Assembly: GCA_963849325.1 (NCBI GenBank)
Contig: CAWKHF010000010.1
Coordinates: forward strand, 480,001 to 544,000
Length of the DNA stretch: 64,000 bases
Source: an uncultured Planctomycetota bacterium
GTDB lineage: Bacteria; Planctomycetota; Planctomycetia; Gemmatales; Gemmataceae
Direction: 5' to 3'
In this document: piece by piece, positions 54,676 through 64,000 of the stretch
Position numbering within the stretch: position 1 is the stretch's first letter
How the letters are laid out: every line of letters starts with the position of its first letter
Translations under genes and position numbers: made by a program
The notes under the pieces: generated by a model
What the model was told of the DNA's origin: nothing
Seen by the model: the letters and a program-made list of their open reading frames with translations, nothing else
The model's database searches: none

Positions 54676-56652
54676 GCTCGTACTTTCCTTTGAGTGAACT
54701 GATGCGGAGTGAGCCATCCGGCGCCGGTGGGTTGGACGGAAGCCGCTCAATGCCGGACGACTCGGGAACCGTCGCGTCGGGGGCTCGTCGGCAGTCACAT
54801 TGTCGAGAAACGTGGCGGATGGCACAAAGAACAGGTTGCCGGTGACTGCGCGGCTGAAATCCAGCAGTCGGTCATAGTTGCCGGGCGGCTTGCCGATGAA
54901 CATATTCTTGAGCATTTGCTCGATGATTCCCGGAGACCGGCTGTAACCGATAAAGTAGGTGCCGAACTCGCCCCCTACCCGACCGAAGGGCATGTTGTCG
55001 CGCAGAATCTTGATCTCCTTGCCATCCTCCACGATCGTGGTGAGGGCGTTGTGTGCCGAGGACGGTTTGCTGGCATCATTTAGAGCCTATCCGAATAACC
55101 TGGTGACGAGTACAATGTCTATAGTCCGTCGGCACTTGTGTCTCGATGACTGGCGTTGTGCGGAGGCTCTACCATGGACGAACGACCCATTCCGGACGAT
55201 TGGCGTATCTCCGATGACCTCTGGGAGGCCATCGCTCCGCTGCTGCCCGAACACCCAAACACACACCGCTTCGGCGGCGGTCGGCCCCGAAAGCCCGACC
55301 GTGTTCTGCATGGAAGCCATCCTCTTCGTGCTCCGCACCGGCTGTCAATGGAAGGCGCTGGACGCCACCAAGTTCTGCCCGGCTTCCACCGCCCACGATC
55401 GTTTTCAAGAATGGGTCCAGGCCGGCGTCTTCCGGGAACTCTGGGAACACGGCTTGATGGCCTACGACGACTGGAAAGGGATCGATTGGTCCTGGCTGTC
55501 GATGGACGGGTGCATGACCCAAGCACCCCTTGGGGGGAAAAAGACGGGCAAAAATCCCACCGACCGGGCCAAGAAGGGCAGCAAACGCAGCCTGCTGACC
55601 GAGGCCGAGGGCATCCCGGTGGGACTGGCCGTGGACGGTGCCAACCGTCCGGACATGAAGATGGTCGAAGAGACTCTCGACAGCATCCCCGTGGAGCGTC
55701 CCGAGCCGACGCCCGACGAGCCGCAGGGTCTGTGCCTGGACTTGGGCTATGACTATGACGAGGTGCAAGCGATTGCCGAAGAATTCTACTTCACGACGCA
55801 TCTGCCGCCCCAGAAGGGAGCCGCGCAGCAGGTGAAGCGGAAGGCGGGCCGTAAGGCGAGACGTTGGGTGGCGGAGCGGACGCACAGTTGGATGAACCGA
55901 TTCCGCGGCATTCTGATCCGTTGGTGCAAGAAGGCCGAGAACTATATTGCCCTGTTGCATATGTCTTTCGCCTTCATCATTTACAAGCGTATGGGGTTAA
56001 CCGGATAGGCTCTTAGCTCGATGTCCGACAGCTTGGTGCGGCCGATGATGCGCTCCTGGTCCTCTGTGGGTAGTGCATTCCACCCCGCCAGATCATGGAG
56101 GTATTTCTGCACAATCACATAGCTTCCGCCGGCAAACGCCGCATCCTCCGCGCCGATGAGCGTGGCGTCCATTGCCGCCTGCCCCGTGGGGTTTTCGGTC
56201 CCATCGACAAAACCCAGGAGATCGCGGGCGTCGAAGTAACGAAAACCATGCACCTCGTCCACCGCACAAACAGCGTCGCCGAGACGCGACACGATCTGCG
56301 TTCCTAGCTCAAAACAAAGGTCAAAATGCTGGGCACGAATGTGGAAAAGCAGATCGCCTGGTGTGGCGACGGCATGGCACTTGGGAGCGCGGATCTCGCG
56401 GAACGCGTGCAATTTTGCCGGTCGCGGCTGCCCGAAAAGCCGGTCCCACGCATCAGACCCAATTCCCAAGACGCACGAAAGGCCGGCATCCATGGCTCGA
56501 AATCCCACGGTGCGCACAAGTGAGGCCAGGTCGCCGCACAAGGAGCGGACCCTCGTGCGCTGATCGGCGCCTGGGTTGATGGTTGCGACTAGGAAGAGCG
56601 CGGCGCGCGCTAACGGTGCGTTTACCGGCTGCGGAAGGGGGCTCACTTTCAT
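54668..56652 (-). pseudogene. DyP-type peroxidase (encapsulin cargo) interrupted by IS5
   Basis: 'LGFVDGTENP', 'VIVQKYLHDL', 'ILRDNMPFG'; removing the IS restores 'SDIELNDASKPSSAHNAL'; C-terminal 'DGSLRISSLKG' after a 1-bp correction near 54782. Confidence 0.92.
55083..56012 (+). mobile_element. IS5-family insertion sequence; transposase 55174-56008 with frameshift near 55305
   Basis: IRs GAGCCTATCCG / CGGATAGGCTC, TTA target duplication; 'LRTGCQWKAL', 'SMDG', 'DLGYD', 'RWVAERTHSW'. Confidence 0.95.
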
Positions 56653-56698
56653 GCCTCATTCAAAGATAGCACTGTGACGGTTTATGGAGCAAATTCTG

Positions 56699-57181
56699 CT
56701 AGCACAAGTGAGCTTCAGAACCCCGATCGAGAATGGCCCCCGCCTTCGCTTGCTGGGATGGGGCTCCAATCAGGCTTTGTGCGCTTCGGTCCGACACACG
56801 TCCGACACACCCACACATACTCAGGCTCTGCCAGACCGGTTTGAGATTCCTGTCTTTGAAGGCGACGGTATCGTTATGTTTTTCGTCCTTTGCACCGTAC
56901 ACGAGCGTCACGGTCCCGTGGCGCACATGCCCCAGGAGTTGCTCAACCGCATCACGATTCTTGTCAAGTTGCCGGAAATAGCGGTTGCGGAATCCGGCCC
57001 ATCTCGCCGGGTCGTGGCCGAACCATTTCCAGAGTGCCGTGGTCGGCGCAATCTCCTTGAGCCAGAGATCGATTCGGGCGGAATGTTTGGACACGCCCTG
57101 CGGCGACAGACGGTCAACAAGAATTCGGAATCCAGCGCTTGGTGTGACTGCTTCATACGCTCGCTTCAGCTTGATGACCAT
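56699..57181 (-). CDS. DUF488 (YeaO-like) protein, degenerate with aberrant C-terminus
   Basis: 'IKLKRAYE', 'RILVDRL', 'WLKEIAPT', 'VTLVYGAKDEKHN'. Confidence 0.75.
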   Translation of the reverse strand: MVIKLKRAYEAVTPSAGFRILVDRLSPQGVSKHSARIDLWLKEIAPTTALWKWFGHDPARWAGFRNRYFRQLDKNRDAVEQLLGHVRHGTVTLVYGAKDEKHNDTVAFKDRNLKPVWQSLSMCGCVGRVSDRSAQSLIGAPSQQAKAGAILDRGSEAHLC

Positions 57182-57196
57182 AAGTCCTCTCCGGTA

Positions 57197-58039
57197 TCAG
57201 AGCATCTCCAGCGACCTCTTCTCGGTCGGTGGCGGAAACGTGCGCTCCAGTTCGGCAAGAATCATGAGGCGGAGGTCGAGGGCGGCGCGGTTCTCGCGGA
57301 CGTGCTCAGGCGTCCCCGTTCGCGGAATGACGATGAGTCCGTCTTGCCGGAGCAGCCAAGCGAGCGCCACCTGGGCGGGTGTCGCGTCATGCCGCATCGC
57401 CACGCTCTCCAGCGCCGGATGACGGAGCATCCGGCCTTGCTCGATCGGCGAGTACGCCATGATCGGGATGGAGTGCTCGCGGCCCCAGGGCAGAAGATCG
57501 TACTCGATGCCGCGCCGGGTGAGGTTGTAGAGCACTTGGTCGGTCTGAACGGCCGATCCGCCCGGAAGGTCCGTGAGTTCTTCCATGTCCGAAACGTCGA
57601 AATTGCTGACGCCCCAATGTCGGACCTTGCCGGCGCGGACCAGTAGGCCGAAAGCGTCCAGTGTCTCCTCCAAGGGCGGGCCGCCGCGCCAGTGCAGGAG
57701 ATACAGGTCGAACCGATCCGTCTTCAGGCGCCGCAGGCTGCGCTCGCAAGCGGTGATCGTCCCGCAATGTGTTGCGTTGTGCGGCAGCACTTTGCCGACC
57801 AGAAAGACTTCCTCCCGTCGTCCAGCAATCGCCTCACCGACGAGTTCTTCGGCGCCACCATCGGCGTACATCTCGGCGGTATCGATCAGCGTCATGCCGA
57901 GGTCGAGTCCGAGGCGCAGTGCCGCGATTTCGTCCGCTCGATGGTGAACGCCTTCAGCTAGATGCCACGTACCCTGACCGAGTACCGGGATCGCATCGCC
58001 GGACGGGAGCTTGATCGTGCGCATAGCAGTTGCTGCCAT
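57197..58039 (-). CDS. Aldo/keto reductase (YeaE-like)
   Basis: 'LGQGTW', 'IDTAEMY', 'DLYLLHW', 'GVSNF', 'AYSPIEQG'. Confidence 0.92.
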   Translation of the reverse strand: MAATAMRTIKLPSGDAIPVLGQGTWHLAEGVHHRADEIAALRLGLDLGMTLIDTAEMYADGGAEELVGEAIAGRREEVFLVGKVLPHNATHCGTITACERSLRRLKTDRFDLYLLHWRGGPPLEETLDAFGLLVRAGKVRHWGVSNFDVSDMEELTDLPGGSAVQTDQVLYNLTRRGIEYDLLPWGREHSIPIMAYSPIEQGRMLRHPALESVAMRHDATPAQVALAWLLRQDGLIVIPRTGTPEHVRENRAALDLRLMILAELERTFPPPTEKRSLEML

Positions 58040-58068
58040 AACAATCCTCACTCAACAGGAAGGCGACA

Positions 58069-59184
58069 TCAACGAGACGGCAGGCAAGCTTTAACCATCT
58101 CTTCTATCGGGAAACCGTTTATCGGGAAACCGTTCCGGCGGTCCAGATTGGCCAGAAACTTGCGACCGAAGGCGATCAAATCCGCCTTGCCCTGCCGCAG
58201 CCAAGCCTCGGCCGTGTCCAGGTCGAAGCCGCCGGCCAGGATGAGCGTACCGCGATTTTTTTCACGCATCAGCTCGATCATCCGCAGGGCGCGGGCATCG
58301 GGTTCGGCCCCTTGCTTGATCGCCGCGAGAGCCGGGTTGACGAGATGCAGATAGGCGAGTCGGTAGGCGCTGAGCTTGTCCGCGACGAACCCAAAGGTTG
58401 CTTCCGGGTCGTCGTCGCTGATGTCGTTGGCCACGCCGAGCGGCGACAAGCGCACGCCAACGCGATCCGGCTGCCACACTTCGACAACCGCCTCGACCAC
58501 TTCCAGAAGCAGTCGCGCCCGGTTTTCGATTGGTCCACCATAGCGATCCGTGCGCCGATTGGTGCTGGACTCGATGAACTGGTCGAGCAGGTAGCCGTTG
58601 GCCGCGTGAATCTCAACGCCGTCGAAACCGGCGGCCAAGGCGTTCTTCGCTCCACGCGCGTATTGCCGGACGAGGTAGGGCATCTCCTCGATTTGCAAGG
58701 CCCGCGGCGTCACGAAGGGCACCCGTTCGCCCTCGCCCTTTTCGTTCTCGATGAACGCCTGGCCGCTGGACTTGATGGCCGAGGGGGCGACCGGGAGCAT
58801 ACCGTCGGGTTGCAGGGACGGATGGGAGATGCGTCCGACGTGCAAGAGCTGCTGGAAAATCAAACCGCCGGCCATATGCACCGCATCAGTGACCAAACGC
58901 CAGCCCTCGACTTCGCGGCTGTGAATGCCCGGCGTCCAGGCGCAGCACAGTCCCTGCATCGAAACCTGGGTCGTCTCGCTAATGATGAGGGCGGCCGAGG
59001 CCCGCTGCGCGGAATAGCAGGCGTTGAGGGGGGTGGGTCCATTTGCCGGCTGGCGGGCGCGCGAGCGCGTCAGCCGCGCCAGGACGATCCGATGGGGTAA
59101 GTTGTAACGCCCCAGCTGGACGGGTTGAAATAACCGTTCTACAGGTGTTTGCCGGGCCGAGGCGGTTGGTGCAGACAATATCAT
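58069..59184 (-). pseudogene. Old yellow enzyme / alkene reductase (NemA-like), degenerate and C-terminally truncated
   Basis: 'AGFDGVEIHAANGYLLDQF', 'RTDRYGG', 'VGVRLSP'; several consensus residues altered; ends in tandem 'NGFPINGFPI'. Confidence 0.75.
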
Positions 59185-59692
59185 CGTTCTCCGTTTTTCT
59201 CGTCAGCACTCTTTTCCCCAACGTCTATCGGCCTTGAGAGGTATGCCACCAGGGAAGAGAGCGATGTAGTGGTCTGCGCTGACGGCGATCCCACCTCCCT
59301 TGGGAGAGCCTTGGCAAACGAGGTAACGCAACGGCTATGCCAAGGCGGTTCATGGGGCGGAGATCCGCCGCTTCCGAAAGACAAATCCCCGGAAGGCGGT
59401 GTTTTCAAAGCACTAAAAGCAAGTGTTCGCCGTAGACGGCGCGTACCACGTCCCTGACCTCCCCACGACAAAATGTCCGTTCGTTCTCAACCGAGAGACA
59501 ATTTGTCCCGCTCGATAGGGACACCGGCCCACATCCGGGGCCATTGACGCTCAGAGGCCGCGCATCGCAAGTCTTTGGCACCTCGGCTGTTTCCCGCAGT
59601 CTTGCTGCGCATCTTCCGGCCGAGAGGTGATCTGGCATTCCCATTGCAAAAGGAAAGCCGAAGTCTGTCGTACTCGTTGCGAGGGTTGCGCC

Positions 59693-60607
59693 GTGGTGAT
59701 TTCCGACCAAATCCATCCTCAAACCGACCCGGCCTTGGCCGTCGTCTCCGTATGCCGGATCGATGGCTCTGGCTCGGCCGTCCGTCCGGACGTGCTGGCC
59801 GTAGAGGAGCCGCTGGAAATCCGACTGGGCTGCGCTGGGGATGGGAGGCGTTCGCACCGCGGCGTCTCCATCACCATGCGGACACCCGGTCACGACAGCG
59901 AGTTGGCCATCGGCTTTCTATTTACCGAGGGGATCATCACGGCGCGAGAACAGGTAATGGGTGTCCGCACCTGTGGGACGGGCAATGTGGTCCGTGTGGA
60001 CTTGCGGCCAGAGGTTGCCGTGGACCTGACGCGGCTGGAGCGCCACTTCTACGCGACCTCCAGCTGCGGGGTGTGTGGCAAGGCGTCGCTGGAAGCGGTG
60101 CGCGTCTGCTCGCCTCATCGCCCTTCCGAGGGTTGGCCCGTCGTCGAAGCCGAGGTCATCCACCGACTGCCCGACACTCTGCGGGCGGAGCAAGCCGTCT
60201 TCGACCGTACTGGCGGCCTGCACGCCTCCGCGCTCTTTGACATCCACGGCGACTTGCTGTGCCTGCGCGAAGACGTTGGCAGGCATAACGCTCTGGACAA
60301 GCTCATCGGCGTTTCGTTCCTCTCCGGCCGCACGCCGCTGTCCGAGTCGGTGCTTCTGGTCAGCGGCCGGGCGAGTTTTGAATTGGTGCAGAAAGCGGCG
60401 GTCGCCGGCATCCCCATCTTGGCCGCCGTGGGCGCGCCATCGAGTTTGGCGGTGGACTTGGCCCGCGAGTGCGGTCTGACCGTGCTCGGCTTTGTTCGCG
60501 CGGATCGCTTCAACATCTACACGGGGGCCGACCGTGTCCGTTATGCCGCGTCTGATTTGTCTCCGACCCCCATCCGGGAAATTCGAGTTCCGCTCTCAGT
60601 CGTCTGA
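59693..60607 (+). CDS. fdhD: Formate dehydrogenase accessory sulfurtransferase (start uncertain, 59627 or 59693)
   Basis: 'VEEPLEI', 'TMRTPGHD', 'SSCGVCGK', 'TGGLHAS', 'EDVGRHNALDK', 'SGRASFELVQK'. Confidence 0.96.
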   Translation: MVISDQIHPQTDPALAVVSVCRIDGSGSAVRPDVLAVEEPLEIRLGCAGDGRRSHRGVSITMRTPGHDSELAIGFLFTEGIITAREQVMGVRTCGTGNVVRVDLRPEVAVDLTRLERHFYATSSCGVCGKASLEAVRVCSPHRPSEGWPVVEAEVIHRLPDTLRAEQAVFDRTGGLHASALFDIHGDLLCLREDVGRHNALDKLIGVSFLSGRTPLSESVLLVSGRASFELVQKAAVAGIPILAAVGAPSSLAVDLARECGLTVLGFVRADRFNIYTGADRVRYAASDLSPTPIREIRVPLSVV

Positions 60608-60621
60608 AACGAGGTAATTGC

Positions 60622-63600
60622 ATGTTCCGTTTCCCCTTGACCAAACACCCGCTGATTTCTCAGCAGCCGTTCAGTCTCCAGACACTGGCGAAGGCTTCGC
60701 GGCTGCGCGGCGCCACCGTCACTGAGGCCGTCTGCCCTTACTGCGCCGTCGGCTGCGGGCAGCTCATTTACAGCAAGGGCGGCGAACTCATCGACGTTGA
60801 GGGCCATCCCGATAGTCCCATCAGCGGGGGCCACCTCTGCCCCAAAGGGGCCAACGCCTTCCAGCTCGCCGTCAATTCGCATCGCGTCAGCCATGTCCTC
60901 TACCGCGCTCCCTTCTCCGACAAATGGGAGCAAAAACCGTTGGATTGGGCGATGGATCAGATCGCCCAGCGCGTCAAGGCGGCCCGCGACGCCGACTTCA
61001 CGACGCGCGACGAGCAAGGTCGCTTGCTCAACTCGGTGCGATCCATCGGCACGTTGGGCGGGGCATCGCTTGACAACGAGGAGAACTACCTCATCAAGAA
61101 GCTGTTTGGCGGAGGGCTGGGCGTGGTGTCGATCGAGAACCAGGCGCGGATATGACACAGCGCCTCGGTGCCCGGTCTGGGCGCCTCGTTCGGCCGCGGT
61201 GCGGCCACCAATTATCAACAGGACATGGCCAACAGCGATTGCATCCTCTTCATGGGATCGAACATGGCGGAAGCCCAACCTGTCGGCTTCCGCTGGCCCA
61301 TGAAGGCCAAGGAGAAGGGCGCGACCCTGATCCACGTCGATCCGCGCTTCACGCGCATGTCGGCCGTGTGCGACGTGTACGTCGGCATCCGCTCCGGCAG
61401 CGACATTGCCTTCCTCGGCGGCCTCGTGAATTACGTCCTGAGCAACGACCGTTGGTTTCACGAATACGTCCTGGCCTACACCAATGCTTCGACGATCATC
61501 GAGGAAGGTTTCCAGGATACCGAGGATTTGGAAGGGCTGTTCAGCGGCTTCGACCAACAACACGACGACTATGACATCAAGCAGGGCCGCTGGGGCTACG
61601 AGGAGTCCGGGAACGGTCGGCAAGGGGAGCAGGACGGTCCCAAGCATACGCCGCAGGCGAAGTCCGAGAAAGGCCGGCATGGGCTTCACGGTCACGGAAG
61701 GGATGGCAACGCCGAACCGTACACCTCCCCGTACAAGGACATGACGGCCGCACAGCGCGATCCGACCTTGCGGCATCCGCGCTGCGTTATGCAGATCCTG
61801 CGGCGACACTTCGCCCGCTACACGCCGCAAATCGTCTCCCAGGTGTGCGGCTGCACGCAAGCGGAATTCATGCGGGTGGCGGAGTTGCTCTGCGCCAACT
61901 CCGGACGCGAGCGGACCAGCTGCATCGCCTACGCGCTGGGTTGGACGCAGCACACCACCGGCGTGCAGATCATCCGTACCGCTGGCATTCTGCAACTGTT
62001 GCTCGGCAACGTGGGCCGGCCCGGCGGCGGCATCATGGCTCTGCGCGGCCACTCCACCATCCAGGGCGCAACCGACGTTTCGACTCTGTACGACACCCTG
62101 CCCGGCTACCTGCCGCAGCCGGCCGCCTACGACCGCAAGCACGAGAATTTGCGTTCTTACATCGAGCACGAAGGGATGCCCACAGGCTACTGGTCGAACT
62201 TCAGCAAATTCATTGTTAGTCTGCTCAAGGCGTGGTACGGCGACGCCGCCACGCCGGACAACGACTTCGGTTTCTCCTGGCTGCCGCGCGTGGATGCTGA
62301 CTACTCGGCCCTGGCCTTTTTCGACCGTATGGCCAAGGGAGGAGTTAAAGGCTACTTCCTGACCGGCATGAATCCAGGCGGCGGCGGACCCAACGCAGGG
62401 CTACACCGCGCCGGCCTGCGCAACCTCGAATGGCTGGTGGTACTCGACTGGTTCGAGACGGAGAGCGCCACCTTCTGGAAGAACGACCCGAACGCGCCGC
62501 CGCCCTCCCAGATCAAGACCGAGGTCTTTTTCATCCCCGCAGCGGCCGCGCAGGAGAAGGAGGGCAGCTTAAGCAACACGCAGCGGCTGCTCCAGTGGCA
62601 CAACAAGGCCGTCGATCCGGTCGGCGACCGCCGCTCCGACGCCTGGATTCTCTACAACCTCGGTAAGCGTCTCAAGCAGCTCTACGCCGGCTCGACCGAT
62701 CCCAAGGACCAGCCGCTGCTGAACCTCACCTGGGACTACGACTTCGACGAGCCGCCACGCCTGCCCGACGGCACACTCAGCCGCATTGAAGGCGAACCGG
62801 ACCTTGAGAAAGTCCTCATGGAGATCAATGGCTACAAGCTGGATGAAATAGATCCGCGCACCGGACGGCCGCGTCTCGTGGCCAACTTCACCGAGTTGAA
62901 GGAAGACGGTACGACATCGTGTGGCTGCTGGGTCTACAGCGGGGTTTTCCCCGAGCCGGGCCGCAACCGGGCGAACGAACGCAAAATTACCGACAACCCC
63001 TTTCAACCGGAATGGGGCTTTGCCTGGCCGTACAACATTCGTATCTTGTACAACCGCGCCTCGGCCGACCCCGAAGGCCGGCCCTGGTCGGAACGCAAGA
63101 AACTGGTCTGGTGGGACGCCGAAAAGCGGCGTTGGGTCGGATTCGACCAACCGGACTTCGAGGAGGACAAACCGCCCGATTACCAACCGCCGCCGGGCGC
63201 GACGGGCATGGCGGCCATCGCCGGCACGCATCCCTTCACCATGAAGGCCGACGGACTCGGTTGGCTGTACGCTCCCGGCGGCGTCAAGGACGGGCCTCTG
63301 CCGACGCATTACGAGCCGGTCGAGTCGCCGGTGGGCAACCTTCTCTATCCCAGACACAATTGCAATCCAACGGTACGCTTTTTCGAGGGACCGCTCAACC
63401 ACATTGCCCACACGCCGACGGCCGAGTATCCCGTGGTGGCTACGACGTTCCGGCTCACCGAGCATTACTTGAGTGGGCCGATGAGCCGCTTCAATAGCTG
63501 GCTCAACGAATTGCAGCCGGAGATGTTCGTCGAGCTAAGCCACGAATTGGCCGCCGAGCGCGGCATCGTTCACGGCGGTTGGATGACGATCCGGACGGCG

Positions 63601-63936
63601 CGCGGTCGAATCGAGGCCCGCGCGATGGTGACGCGGCGGCTGCGGCCCTTCGTCGTCGAGGGGCGCGTAATTCACCAGATCGGCCTCCCCTTCCACTGGG
63701 CTTTCGCCGGTGAGGTGGTTGGCTGCAACGCCAATGACCTGACTGCGCTGGTGGCCGACCCGAACGTGAGCATGCACGACTGCAAGGCGTTCGCCTGCCA
63801 GGTCCAGGCTGGCCGGCTCGACGGCCCCGTCCCGCAGCACCCGACGGTGCCCGCGGCGCCCTGGCCGACACTCGATCCGATCCCGAACACACCGGCCAGT
63901 TCCCAACCGGAAGGGAGAATTGGACATGGCAAGTAG
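60622..63936 (+). CDS. fdnG: Selenocysteine-containing formate dehydrogenase alpha subunit (UGA at 61153-61155)
   Basis: CPYCAVGCG...LCPKG Fe-S motif; 'NQARI-U-HSASVPGLGASFGRGAAT'; both ORFs in the same frame; 'LRGHSTIQG', 'RLTEHY'. Confidence 0.93.
61156..61185 (+). promoter_or_regulatory. Bacterial SECIS element
   Basis: GGTGCCC-GGTCT-GGGCGCC stem-loop beginning 11 nt after the UGA. Confidence 0.85.
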
Positions 63937-64000
63937 AGAAAAAGAGTTAGCCGCATTGCCCCAGACCAGCGATCCGCCGCGCGGCCGATTGGCGTCGCTG
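63926..64000 (+). CDS. Start of the next operon gene (probably FDH Fe-S beta subunit); 3' partial
   Basis: ATG overlapping the end of fdnG, with RBS GGGAG; identity inferred from position only. Confidence 0.45.
   Translation, partial: MASREKELAALPQTSDPPRGRLASL

Noticed and set aside
55529-55543. Programmed -1 frameshift at GGGGGGAAAAAG in the IS5 transposase
   Set aside because: As given, the sequence reads through in frame here; homopolymer errors make it undecidable
59300-59420. c-di-GMP-I or Moco riboswitch
   Set aside because: Only a partial GGCAAAC...GCAA resemblance; the required stems and tetraloop/receptor are not evident
60622-61155. Separate 177-aa FDH N-terminal gene or nonsense pseudogene
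   Set aside because: The stop is an in-frame UGA at the Sec position followed by a SECIS hairpin
60541-62169. Long antisense ORFs (also 3210-4715, 8176-9609, 23203-24708, 47150-48601)
   Set aside because: Shadow frames of real genes in high-GC DNA, with no motifs

Overview
GC-rich bacterial DNA whose gene content (ABC exporter, FGE-domain proteins, large Ser/Thr kinases, palindromic repeats) suggests Planctomycetota, probably Gemmataceae-like; this is inference. Many conserved genes (purH, argC, truB, DegT, GT2 and others) carry 1-bp indels, most likely uncorrected sequencing errors, so I reconstructed them across frames. Positions 1-21 kb and 32.5-41 kb are mostly chromosomal backbone. A putative conflict/defence islet at 21.2-32.5 kb holds a degraded UDG-like gene, an HTH/IS5 chimera, a ~1,800-aa HEPN-like/kinase/TPR/DUF2610 protein, a divergent DUF4145-FGE protein with a DGR-like variable tail, an ABC-ATPase+DUF4276 pair and an Rpn-like nuclease. 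An IS701-family element and tRNA-Asp(GTC) precede a probable integrated element. It carries a DarB-like methylase-helicase with a nested ORF, two copies of a conserved upstream promoter repeat, and a decaying stress cassette (dps, IS5-disrupted DyP with an encapsulin stub, DUF488, AKR, old yellow enzyme). The window ends in fdhD and a selenocysteine formate dehydrogenase (UGA + SECIS). Family names come from motif recognition only; no database search was run.
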